Below are positions 1 to 9,245 of a stretch of 64,000 nt of DNA, in pieces; within the stretch, counting starts at the first letter, position 1, and the number at the start of each line of letters is the position of its first letter. Below the pieces are notes generated by a model, which ran no database searches, had not been told where the DNA came from, and worked only from the letters and a program-made list of their open reading frames with translations. The DNA is from Candidatus Microgenomatus sp. Lineage in GTDB: Bacteria > Patescibacteriota > Minisyncoccia > UBA6257 > GWB1-50-10. Location: assembly GCA_020724805.1 (NCBI GenBank), contig DYGI01000001.1, positions 111,157-175,156 on the forward strand, given 5' to 3'. The translations under genes were made by a program, and so were the position numbers.

Positions 1-19
1 GGTTTACTTTTATAGCGTT

Positions 20-355
20 ATGAAACAAGAGGAAAGAAAGGAGCTCGAAGCGAAGCTTAAAGAAAAAGAGGAGAAACTGGAAGTGCAGCTCGAGGACTTC
101 AAGAAGAGTCTCGATTTCGGCGACGAAACCGACCACTTCGAGGAGGAGGCGGACGAGGCCGAAGAATTCGGCACTTGGATGGGACTGAAGCGCATTGTGA
201 ACCGCCAACTTATACGCGTGCGCCTTGCGCTCTCGAAGATGAAGATAGGAACCTACGGTATTTGCGAATCGTGCGGAAATGAAATTGAACGCGATCTTCT
301 TCTGGCGGATCCGGAATCTCCCCACTGCAAGAACTGCAAACTGAAGCGAACGTGA
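20..355 (+). CDS. DksA/TraR C4-type zinc finger protein
   Basis: Coiled coil with acidic EEEADEA tip, then GTYGICESC...CKNC zinc finger. Confidence 0.85.
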   Translation: MKQEERKELEAKLKEKEEKLEVQLEDFKKSLDFGDETDHFEEEADEAEEFGTWMGLKRIVNRQLIRVRLALSKMKIGTYGICESCGNEIERDLLLADPESPHCKNCKLKRT

Positions 356-1890
356 CCACGGTTCCTAAACTTTTTACCGCGGAGTTGGACGGAATTGAGG
401 CGAGCGAAATCGAAGTGGAGGCCGACCTGAATGTCGGCCTCCATGCGTTCACCATCGTCGGGCTTGCGGACAAGGCCGTGGCGGAATCCAAGGAGCGCGT
501 GAACTCAGCGCTTAAGCACCTCGGAGTACGGCAACCCACACGCGAGAATCGCCGCATCACGGTAAACCTTGCTCCCGCTGACATAAAAAAAGCGGGCTCT
601 CACTACGACCTCGCGATTGCGCTCGCATATCTCCTCGCCAGCGAACAAATAAAACCATTCGACCCTGCGCGAAAACTTTTTGTTGGAGAGCTTTCCCTCG
701 ACGGAACGCTCCGCTCCGTCGCGGGCATTTTAAACATCGCGCTTTTTGCGCGGGAGCGCGGATTCACTGAAATTTTTGTTCCGAGCGAAAATGCGTCCGA
801 GGCGGCGGTCGTTCCGGAAATCTCCGCATTCCCCGTTTCTACGCTCCGTGATCTCGTAATGCATCTCGATGGCACTCGCACGCTCACTCCTCAACCACGC
901 GCGACTCTTGCTCCGCAGTTTCGCGCGGGCTCGGTTGCATTCGTCGATATCCGCGGCCATGACGCCGCGAAACGCGCGCTCCTCGTCGCTGCCGCGGGAG
1001 GTCATAACGTACTTCTTTCCGGACCGCCCGGCACCGGCAAAACCATGCTTGCGGAAGCATTCGCGGGGATTCTTCCTCCGCCGCAAGAAGAGGAAATACT
1101 TCATGTGACACGGATCTGGAGTGCGGCCGGTCTCACCATGAAAGAGCCGCTCGTCAATGCGCGTCCGTTCCGGGCTCCTCACCACAGCGCATCCGCGGTC
1201 GCTATCCTCGGCGGCGGCGCCAATCCAAAACCCGGAGAAGTTTCCCTTGCTCATCGCGGTGTCCTTTTCCTTGATGAGTTTCCGGAATTCCACCGGGACG
1301 TCCTCGAAGGCCTCCGCCAGCCACTTGAAAGCGGAGAAATACTTGTCGCGAGAGCCAAAAAAACCCTCGTTTTTCCTGCTCGTTTCACGCTTATCGCCGC
1401 GATGAATCCGTGTCCTTGCGGCTATTTCGAGGACCCAGCACATGAGTGCCGATGCAGCGCCGCGGAAGTATTCCGTTATCAAAGAAAAATATCAGGTCCT
1501 CTTCTCGATCGTATCGATATACAACTCGAAATACCGCGCATTCCCACCGAAGAGCTTCACGCCACGCGGGACCACACACGGGGAAATGATGAAAAAATCC
1601 GAGCGCGTGTTCTTTATGCGCGCGAATTCCAAAAAGAGCGCTTCAAAAAACATGAGCGCGTCCTTTTTTCGAACAGCGAAATGAGCTCGCGGGAGGCGGA
1701 ACAATTCATAACGCTTGATACTGAGGCCGACGCACTTTTAAAGCGCGCGCTCGATCGCTCTCTTCTTTCACCGCGCGGTTATTACCGCACCCTGAAAGTT
1801 GCGCGAACCATCGCGGATCTCGACAGGTCACCACAGGTACGTGCGCCCCATATCGCGGAAGCGCTTCAATATCGGGTAAAACAAGAATAG
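352..1890 (+). CDS. comM: YifB/ComM family Mg-chelatase-like ATPase
   Basis: ITVNLAPADIKK, GELSLDG, Walker A GPPGTGKT, RPFRAPHHSAS, LFLDEFPEF, AMNPCPCG. Confidence 0.93.
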   Translation: MTTVPKLFTAELDGIEASEIEVEADLNVGLHAFTIVGLADKAVAESKERVNSALKHLGVRQPTRENRRITVNLAPADIKKAGSHYDLAIALAYLLASEQIKPFDPARKLFVGELSLDGTLRSVAGILNIALFARERGFTEIFVPSENASEAAVVPEISAFPVSTLRDLVMHLDGTRTLTPQPRATLAPQFRAGSVAFVDIRGHDAAKRALLVAAAGGHNVLLSGPPGTGKTMLAEAFAGILPPPQEEEILHVTRIWSAAGLTMKEPLVNARPFRAPHHSASAVAILGGGANPKPGEVSLAHRGVLFLDEFPEFHRDVLEGLRQPLESGEILVARAKKTLVFPARFTLIAAMNPCPCGYFEDPAHECRCSAAEVFRYQRKISGPLLDRIDIQLEIPRIPTEELHATRDHTRGNDEKIRARVLYAREFQKERFKKHERVLFSNSEMSSREAEQFITLDTEADALLKRALDRSLLSPRGYYRTLKVARTIADLDRSPQVRAPHIAEALQYRVKQE

Positions 1891-1895
1891 GGAAT

Positions 1896-2684
1896 ATGGG
1901 AAAAAGATTGGGTCAACATTTCTTGAAGGACAAGAAAATTCTCTCTGCAATTGCGCATGAGGCTTTTTCCTTGTCCGCTCATCCTTATATTGTGGAGGTC
2001 GGTCCTGGGCACGGGGAGCTCACCAATGAGCTTCTCGCGCAAGGCGCATCGCATATTGTCGCCGTAGAACGGGATGTGAGCTTAGCCGAGCGTCTCGCTC
2101 GTTCACTGGCTCCACAATCAAGCGCGAGGTTGGAGATTATCAAAGGCGACGTGAGAGAGGTTCTTCCGAAGCTCCCCGCTATCCCCTGCGTTATCGTAGG
2201 CAATATTCCCTATTACCTTACCGGATTCTTGTTTCGACTCCTCGGCGACCTTGTGGCGCGCAGAGCTTTTCCTATCCAACGCGCCGTGTTTCTTGTTCAA
2301 AAAGAAGTTGCGGAACGTGCGATTGCCGATGCTCCGCACATGAATCTCCTTGCCGCAACTCTTCGGGGGTGGACTCGTCCCCACATTGTGTTCGCGGTTG
2401 CGCGCCATAAATTTTTTCCTCCCCCAAAGGTGGATTCTGCGCTCCTTGTGCTTGAAATCGAGCATGAAGCCACAGGGGAAGCTCTTTCCCATTACTTTGA
2501 AACCGCAAAAAAGTTGTTTCGCCAGCCGCGAAAAACGCTCGTGAACAACTTGCGAGAGTCGCTTTCGATTCCACGTGACGAGGCGGAACAAATAGTGTCG
2601 CTCCTTGGCCTCGCGGAGAGCGCACGAAGCGCGCTTCTTACGCAGGGACACATCAAAACCATTTCAAAAATGATGTATAATTGA
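1896..2684 (+). CDS. rsmA: 16S rRNA adenine dimethyltransferase KsgA/RsmA
   Basis: LGQHFL, EVGPGHGELT, GNIPYY, FFPPPKVDS. Confidence 0.95.
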   Translation: MGKRLGQHFLKDKKILSAIAHEAFSLSAHPYIVEVGPGHGELTNELLAQGASHIVAVERDVSLAERLARSLAPQSSARLEIIKGDVREVLPKLPAIPCVIVGNIPYYLTGFLFRLLGDLVARRAFPIQRAVFLVQKEVAERAIADAPHMNLLAATLRGWTRPHIVFAVARHKFFPPPKVDSALLVLEIEHEATGEALSHYFETAKKLFRQPRKTLVNNLRESLSIPRDEAEQIVSLLGLAESARSALLTQGHIKTISKMMYN

Positions 2685-2712
2685 GAGGAACTTGGCGTCG
2701 CCAAGGCCTTTC

Positions 2713-3483
2713 ATGACCCGGAAAACTATAGCCATAGCGATACTTATGGGAGGAGCGCTTGGCGCATTCCTCATTACGCGCCTCGCAACCCCTTCCGAAC
2801 GTGACTTGAAAACGCTTTCCATCACCCAAGGGCAAGGAGGAGAGCTTGCGTTCGCGTTCGGAAATGCGGAATTGTCAGGAAGTTTACTGGATACAATATC
2901 AGGTGATTCAAATTTCACCGAAAGCGTGGTTCAAAAATATGGGGAAGAAATTCTTCGGATAAATCCGAGAGGATCCTCCGCAAGTGCGGTCGCGCTTCCT
3001 CCGGAGGGGACACTCGAGAGCCTTATTGTGGAGGCGGTGGAGCGACCGTTTGTGTTTTCTTCGTTCACTGAACGCGATATCAGAACCTCCTCCGGAAAAA
3101 CTAGGGAAGCGCTCGTTTTCTATTTGAATACAATCGTCGCAATACAGGAGGAACGGCTCAGCGAACACGCGAGTTCACTGCTTGGCGCAGTTGCACGCTT
3201 CGTGAGTGAGAACAATGGGCGCGAATTGGAACTCGCACAAAACGCTATGCGACTTTATATCGGAGACCTCCTTAAAATTTCCGCACCCGCCCCTCTCGCG
3301 TCGTTTCATTTGGGATTGCTGAACCTCTGGCAAAAGCGAGTCGCACTTACGAATACCATCCTTGAAAGCGCGGATGATCCGTTGAAGATTGTGGCGGCGG
3401 TGGAACATCTCTCACAAACCGCGGAGGAAGAAACGAGATTGACCGAACTTCTTGTGTTGAATATTTCGAAACTTCATTTTTAG
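2713..3483 (+). CDS. Hypothetical protein with N-terminal membrane anchor (first gene of the T4SS-like cluster)
   Basis: Hydrophobic N-terminal helix. ATG at 2713 preferred over TTG at 2692. Confidence 0.65.
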   Translation: MTRKTIAIAILMGGALGAFLITRLATPSERDLKTLSITQGQGGELAFAFGNAELSGSLLDTISGDSNFTESVVQKYGEEILRINPRGSSASAVALPPEGTLESLIVEAVERPFVFSSFTERDIRTSSGKTREALVFYLNTIVAIQEERLSEHASSLLGAVARFVSENNGRELELAQNAMRLYIGDLLKISAPAPLASFHLGLLNLWQKRVALTNTILESADDPLKIVAAVEHLSQTAEEETRLTELLVLNISKLHF

Positions 3484-3486
3484 CCC

Positions 3487-5274
3487 ATGGAATTCTCTCG
3501 CCGCTTCCTCGCGCTTCTCCTCATCGCCTCTTTTGCCGCGGGCGCATTTGCGCCCGCGTTCGCGTTTGCACAGGCGAACAACGCGGTCGCTGAATGCACC
3601 GTCGACATGGCCATAAATTCTTTGGGTGGAAAGATCCTTGGGGTAGCGAAGGACGTGGGAAATGCACTTATAGATGCGGTGGAGGACGTTCCTGTTGTAG
3701 GAGGCATCATCGAGGGAATAGGGGGTATTTTCGGCCTTGGGGAAGATGAGAGCAAAGGCTCAAGCGCCGATGACCCCATGTATGTGAAAGAATCGGGTGA
3801 ACAAAAGGATGAGGTCAAAAAACTTCAATTCGATAGCTGTATAAACGCTATCAAAGATACGGCGTTCAAGGTAGCACTCGCAAAGCTCAAAAAGCGTCTT
3901 TTGGACCGCATGACCGACGACATCATTGGATGGATCAATGGGAACGGGGACCCGAAATTCATTACTAACTTCGGCGATTTCTTGGAAGATGCCGCACAAG
4001 CTGCGGTAGGCGACACCGCGCGCGCGCTCGGACTTGCGGAACTTTGCACTCCTTTTAAATATCGCGTGCCACAATTACTCACCAAAGTACCCGAGTTCTC
4101 GGAAAGCGTGCGGTGCACTCTCGATGATATTGTGGAAAACGTCGAGGGATTTTATAACGACTTTGAACAGGGTGGGTGGCTCGCGTATACGGAACTCTGG
4201 AAACCGAACAACAACCCATTTGGAATATTTCTCAAAACGCATGACCAAATTCTTAAAGAAACCGCGAAGAAGGAGGATGAGGCGCGCGCGGCAGCGACTA
4301 TAGGAGGGGGATATACTCCGGTGTATCAGTGTGTTGAGTGGACGCTTTCCGGAGTTCGGAAAAGCGACAAAAAATTTGTTTCTTTCAAAATTCCCGCGGA
4401 CGAAAGTTTTCCGTATTTTCACCCGACGCTTCCCCCCGCAGAAAATTCTCCCGCCTACCAAAACGCTTTGAACACGCTCATAAAACCTAACTATGAGTGC
4501 ACGAGGCCGGAGTGGTCGCTCCCTCCCTCAGCGACCCAACAGATCGCTGCAATTCCTTACGTTGCCGACACGCAAGTGGTGGCAAACTCCGACGACCTTT
4601 CACCTTACGTGAATGCCATCTTCGATGCCGCAGTGAATCGCGTTATTAAAGAGGGGGTAAAAGGACTCCGCGGCAACCTTTCAAAGCTTAGAAGTGAAAG
4701 CACCACAGGTCGATCGCCCGAACAATACCCCGAGGGCGATCCGTACCGCGGCTACGGAGAGGAGTATGAGAACGCCACAAATTTCACACGGCAACTTCGC
4801 ACCGAGATAGGGGCAAAAATAGAATCGGCACGTGACAATGTGGGGATCGCGAGCACCACACTTACACGACTTGTGGCGCTTAATAATGAATTGATCGCCA
4901 CCACTACGCTTCTCGCCGATTGCGAGCAGGGAAGGACGGAAACAAGCTATCAGACGTGTGCGAACACATCATCAACGTTGGTTGCGGCAAATTCCGCGAA
5001 ATCGAGGTTTGTCGCCGACCGCGAATCGCTCACCGAAGCGCTTACCAAAATCCAGGAACTTGAGGATGCATTCGAAGAAAATACCGACCTCAGCGAGGCG
5101 GCGTTACGCGTGCTTCTTTCCAATCTCGGTTCGATACACCTTACGCTTAAAGACATGATTTCAAAGCAACAAGCCTTTGAAATGGGATTGCGAAATGGAC
5201 TTGTCATACAAAGGCAGGCGCTTCAGGCATGTCAAACAGGCATCTATTCGTGCACCTGGACTCCCGCTCCATAA
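3487..5274 (+). CDS. Secreted Cys-containing helical protein, T4SS-cluster associated
   Basis: Signal peptide ending AFA-Q, scattered Cys, C-terminal coiled coil, directly upstream of the VirB6-like gene. Confidence 0.7.
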   Translation: MEFSRRFLALLLIASFAAGAFAPAFAFAQANNAVAECTVDMAINSLGGKILGVAKDVGNALIDAVEDVPVVGGIIEGIGGIFGLGEDESKGSSADDPMYVKESGEQKDEVKKLQFDSCINAIKDTAFKVALAKLKKRLLDRMTDDIIGWINGNGDPKFITNFGDFLEDAAQAAVGDTARALGLAELCTPFKYRVPQLLTKVPEFSESVRCTLDDIVENVEGFYNDFEQGGWLAYTELWKPNNNPFGIFLKTHDQILKETAKKEDEARAAATIGGGYTPVYQCVEWTLSGVRKSDKKFVSFKIPADESFPYFHPTLPPAENSPAYQNALNTLIKPNYECTRPEWSLPPSATQQIAAIPYVADTQVVANSDDLSPYVNAIFDAAVNRVIKEGVKGLRGNLSKLRSESTTGRSPEQYPEGDPYRGYGEEYENATNFTRQLRTEIGAKIESARDNVGIASTTLTRLVALNNELIATTTLLADCEQGRTETSYQTCANTSSTLVAANSAKSRFVADRESLTEALTKIQELEDAFEENTDLSEAALRVLLSNLGSIHLTLKDMISKQQAFEMGLRNGLVIQRQALQACQTGIYSCTWTPAP

Positions 5275-5280
5275 CCATCC

Positions 5281-7158
5281 ATGACTCGATTCTTCCGTTC
5301 ACTTAAATCATCGCGCTTCGGGACTTTGCTCGTCCTTGGAGGTTTTCTTTTGGGGTTCCCGTTTCCCGCGCGCGCGGGTCTTTTTAGCATCGAGGGGATC
5401 GCGGTAGGAGCCATTGGCGTCGTCGCTTACGTAGTGAATTACATCGCGGGCTACCTCGGAGGCATAGCGCTCGCCATCGTATCGTGGTTCACCAATGTCG
5501 CGATGGAGCTTAATCGCCGCGTACTCGACACGGATTCCATAGTCCACGTGGGGTGGAATATCACCCGCGATATCGCAAACCTTGGTTTTGTGCTCGTCAT
5601 TATAGTCATTGCGGTATCGGTCATGTTGCGTTTTGAAACCTATGGAAGCCGCAAAGTGCTTACCCGGCTCATCGCAGCCGCTATTGTGGTGAATTTTTCG
5701 CTCGCCATCATGGGGGTATTTCTTCAATTTGCCGACACTTTCACTAATTTCTTTCTCTCGCGCATTCCGAGTCCAAGCGATCTTGGAACCGCGCTCGCTT
5801 CATCGTTTGAGGCACAAAAATTCTTTTTGAACGCCCAAAATTTCAGTTCCGACGCCGTAAGCGGCGCTACTATCACCGCGTCCATGCTGTCAAACATCGC
5901 CTCGATGGTTTTTTCGACCGCGTTCGTCCTTATTGCAACCATCGTCATTGGCACCTTCGCCATCATGCTCCTTGTCCGTTACCTTCACCTTGTTATCCTC
6001 GGCATCCTCGCTCCTCTCGTGTGGCTTTTCTGGGTCATTCCCGACTTGGGGGGCCAATTTAAGACGTGGTGGAACGCGTTCATTAAGTGGACGTTCTTCG
6101 CCCCAGCCTCTTCGTTCTTCATCTACCTCTCACTTGTGGCGGTGGAACGCATGAAGGATATAAAACTCGAAGTGTTCACCGCAGGTTCCGGTTTCTTTGA
6201 GACGGTTTTTTTGAGCGTCGCAACGCAAGGCGCCCAAATGGTGGTTATCGCCGGTCTTATGCTCGGCGGGCTTATCGTTGCAAACAAAATGGGCATCGAG
6301 AGCGCGAATATCGGAATGAACCTCGCGAACAAGGCTAAGGCGGGCGCGATCGGATGGGCGGGCAAACAAGCTCAGCGTGGCGGACGAGCGCTCGGCGACA
6401 CTCTCCGTACTTCGGGAAGAAAATTCGATCCCACCACAAAACAGACCACCACCCGGCTTCAACGTTGGGGTTCAGCCCTCCAGGGGGTACCTGGACTTCA
6501 AGGTGTCGGAAGCTATCTTGCGAAACAGGGAACTGAGGTTCCCAAGAAACGTCCCGAAGATATAGAGAAGTACCGCAAGGATGAGCTTGAAGCGCTTACC
6601 AATGAGGGCATCGAGAAGCTTGCCACGCAGCGCTTAAGTCCGACGCTGGCTGACCCCACTCGGGTTGCCGCCTTAGCGCAAGAGCTGGCAAAGAGAAACT
6701 TGTTCGGAAATCTCGATCCCAAGCGTCAATCACAATTTATTGATGTGGCGGAACGCATGGGAACTGCCCAAGCTATCTACAACAATCGCCCCGATCTCGT
6801 TGAGCCTCGTCCAGGCGAGACAAAAGAAAAAGCGATTGAACGGGTTACCAAAAAAATCAAAACCGCTGACATTACCCAAATTTCTGACAGGGTATTGGGA
6901 GACTCCAGTAATGCGAGGCCTCCAGAGCGCAGCCAAATGACGGTAACGCTCAATCTCAGTAATCCACAACTTGGGAAACTCGGGACCGAAGGAAGCGCCG
7001 ACCAGATTGAGGCAATTCGTAACAGCTTGCAGTGGGCGCTTACCGCAACGCCTCAGCAATTACAGCAATTCCAACCACCCCTTACACAGGATGAATGGAG
7101 CAATCTCCAAAGAATGGTTGATTATATAAACGACAATCCTAACTGGCAAAACATTTAG
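5281..7158 (+). CDS. VirB6/TrbL-like polytopic membrane protein with long cytoplasmic tail
   Basis: About 8-9 TM segments, WNITRDIANLGF and RYLHLVILGILAPL motifs, Gly/Ala-rich then hydrophilic C-terminus, next to PrgI/VirB4. Confidence 0.7.
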   Translation: MTRFFRSLKSSRFGTLLVLGGFLLGFPFPARAGLFSIEGIAVGAIGVVAYVVNYIAGYLGGIALAIVSWFTNVAMELNRRVLDTDSIVHVGWNITRDIANLGFVLVIIVIAVSVMLRFETYGSRKVLTRLIAAAIVVNFSLAIMGVFLQFADTFTNFFLSRIPSPSDLGTALASSFEAQKFFLNAQNFSSDAVSGATITASMLSNIASMVFSTAFVLIATIVIGTFAIMLLVRYLHLVILGILAPLVWLFWVIPDLGGQFKTWWNAFIKWTFFAPASSFFIYLSLVAVERMKDIKLEVFTAGSGFFETVFLSVATQGAQMVVIAGLMLGGLIVANKMGIESANIGMNLANKAKAGAIGWAGKQAQRGGRALGDTLRTSGRKFDPTTKQTTTRLQRWGSALQGVPGLQGVGSYLAKQGTEVPKKRPEDIEKYRKDELEALTNEGIEKLATQRLSPTLADPTRVAALAQELAKRNLFGNLDPKRQSQFIDVAERMGTAQAIYNNRPDLVEPRPGETKEKAIERVTKKIKTADITQISDRVLGDSSNARPPERSQMTVTLNLSNPQLGKLGTEGSADQIEAIRNSLQWALTATPQQLQQFQPPLTQDEWSNLQRMVDYINDNPNWQNI

Positions 7159-7159
7159 T

Positions 7160-8044
7160 ATGACCTCGAAAGAACTGCGAGAAAAATTAGCAGAAGTTCC
7201 TCAAGTCATTCGCGAATGGTTCGGCTCCGAAGAGGTGGTGGCTCACATAAGAAGCTTGAGTAATGAGCTGGGGACTCCCCGAGAAAAGAGGGGCGCTATT
7301 CCCCGCCTTCTTCTTCGTCTTGAGGTGGGGGATTTGGAGCCTCAATTCTTTTCGGGCGAACTTGCCCAAGAGCTCGGCCTCACAAAGGAACGCGCGCTTG
7401 CCGTTGCTTCGGAAATAAGGAAAACAATACTCCATCCCAAAAAAGAGGCCCTGAGTGATTATGGTATCGACCAATTCCTTCTCGAAGAATTCAATCTCCC
7501 TATTCCGCGAATGCGTCGCGAAACCGTGACGCCTGTCGCGGCTCCTTCCTCAGCTCCGACGTTTGGGTCTTCGACCGCAATACTCCACCCGCCTTCTGTA
7601 CCGCAGGAACCTTCTCCACCTCCTTCTCCCACAACAACAAAATCCACAGTTACTCCTTTCGTGCTTCATGAGGAAAAGCCTCTTACTTCCGAGGCAAAGA
7701 AAGAACCCATGAAAGGATTTTCGCTCCCATTCGGGCTTTTTAAGCCTAAAGCTCCCGAATCGACTATTTCGAGAGCGAGCGTAGAAGCCCCCAAGCAGGT
7801 ACATTACAGCGAATACCGTTCCGGTGGCGCGCCTGGAGGCGGTGGAGAATTTATCAACTTAGAGACCTTCGGAAAAACGTCGGTTGCGCCAAAATCTGTT
7901 ACCCCGCCAACCCCTCCGCCTCCTTCATCATCGCCCGCCACTCCTCTTACAATCAAAAAACCCGACAGTGCGGGGCTCGCAAAAGCGCCAGAGAGCGGAA
8001 CTGGAACGCCAAAAATAGAAAAAAACACCGTGGATCTTCGCTAA
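7160..8044 (+). CDS. Hypothetical protein: helical N-domain plus Pro/Ser/Thr-rich disordered tail
   Basis: 294 aa ORF tightly packed in the operon, low-complexity C-terminal half. Confidence 0.7.
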   Translation: MTSKELREKLAEVPQVIREWFGSEEVVAHIRSLSNELGTPREKRGAIPRLLLRLEVGDLEPQFFSGELAQELGLTKERALAVASEIRKTILHPKKEALSDYGIDQFLLEEFNLPIPRMRRETVTPVAAPSSAPTFGSSTAILHPPSVPQEPSPPPSPTTTKSTVTPFVLHEEKPLTSEAKKEPMKGFSLPFGLFKPKAPESTISRASVEAPKQVHYSEYRSGGAPGGGGEFINLETFGKTSVAPKSVTPPTPPPPSSSPATPLTIKKPDSAGLAKAPESGTGTPKIEKNTVDLR

Positions 8045-8050
8045 CGTGTC

Positions 8051-8554
8051 ATGGCAACATTCCAAGTCCCACAGTTCATTGATGAACAACCGAAGGTAGT
8101 CGGGTTTCTCACGCTTCCGCAATTTCTCTATCTCGCCGCGGCGGCAGGAATAAGCTTCGCATCGTTTTACGTATTTACGTTCATTCTTTGGCTCTTTATC
8201 ACGCTTGTGGTCGCCACGGTGGCCATCGCGCTTGCATTCGTAAAGGTAAACGGGCAATCGTTCCCTGCGGTGCTCCGCTCCGCGCTCACATATTACTGGA
8301 AGCCGCGTATCTATACCTGGTCACGCACGCTTCCCGAATCAAAAATCCCCGGCGTTGCCGAACTCGAGAAAATCGAAGCCATCCGTCAACGTATGGGGAT
8401 CGAGGAAAAACTGAAATCGCTTGCGCTTCAGATTACTACCGGGAAAATTTTTTCTCGTCCCGCCGAAAAAGTCTCCAAGTCGCAGGAGTATCAGGTCGTT
8501 ACGTATCTCACCGGGGAGAAGAAAGTCGCAAAGCGGGTGGATTACAAGGAATAA
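8051..8554 (+). CDS. PrgI family (VirB3-like) membrane protein
   Basis: FQVPQFIDEQPKVVGFLTLPQF start, two TM helices, KVNGQSF and KPRIYTW motifs. Confidence 0.85.
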   Translation: MATFQVPQFIDEQPKVVGFLTLPQFLYLAAAAGISFASFYVFTFILWLFITLVVATVAIALAFVKVNGQSFPAVLRSALTYYWKPRIYTWSRTLPESKIPGVAELEKIEAIRQRMGIEEKLKSLALQITTGKIFSRPAEKVSKSQEYQVVTYLTGEKKVAKRVDYKE

Positions 8555-8590
8555 TTGGTAACGCAGAAACAATAACGATACACTGAAGCT

Positions 8591-9238
8591 ATGCCGAAAG
8601 AACCCACTACGCCTACCCAAGAACTCGTCGACGTAAAGGAGATACGTGACGGCGTACTTTATTTGAAGAACGGCAGCGTTCGCAGAGTCCTTATCGTGTC
8701 CGGAGTGAATTTCGATCTTAAATCCGAAGCTGAACAAGGTCTTATTCTCGGAAGCTTTCAGAATTTCCTGAATACCCTCGATTTTTCGGTTCAATTCTTC
8801 ATACACTCGCGCAAAGTGAACGTCGACGCGTATCTCGCTTCCATGGGCACAAGGATGGAAGAGGAAACGAGCGAATTGCTGAAAATCCAGATCAGTGAGT
8901 ACATACAGTTCATCCGGACTTTCGTAGAAGAAAACGCCATCATTTCCAAAACTTTTTTTGTGGTAGTGCCGTATGAATCCTTGATACCGGAGGGTAAGGT
9001 AAGTGGCCTTGCGTCGCTTTTTAGAAAGACTCCGAAGACCGCAGGTTCGTCTCCACTGGGAAATAATCCGCAGGAGGTGCTTTCCCAGCTTGAGCGGCGC
9101 GTAAATCAGGTGGTGGATGGACTGGCTCAGATCGGTTTGCGGGCAGCGCCGCTTGAAAACGACGCGGTAGTGGAACTTTTTTACAACCTCTACAATCCGG
9201 AACTCGTGGAGGGGAAAAGGGCGGTGAGTAAAGAGTAG
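8591..9238 (+). CDS. VirB4/TraC N-terminal-like protein
   Basis: IRDGVLYLKNG, VNFDLKSEAEQ, FLNTLDFSVQF, KTFFVVVPY; lies between PrgI and the ATPase. Confidence 0.75.
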   Translation: MPKEPTTPTQELVDVKEIRDGVLYLKNGSVRRVLIVSGVNFDLKSEAEQGLILGSFQNFLNTLDFSVQFFIHSRKVNVDAYLASMGTRMEEETSELLKIQISEYIQFIRTFVEENAIISKTFFVVVPYESLIPEGKVSGLASLFRKTPKTAGSSPLGNNPQEVLSQLERRVNQVVDGLAQIGLRAAPLENDAVVELFYNLYNPELVEGKRAVSKE

Positions 9239-9245
9239 TAGCGCT

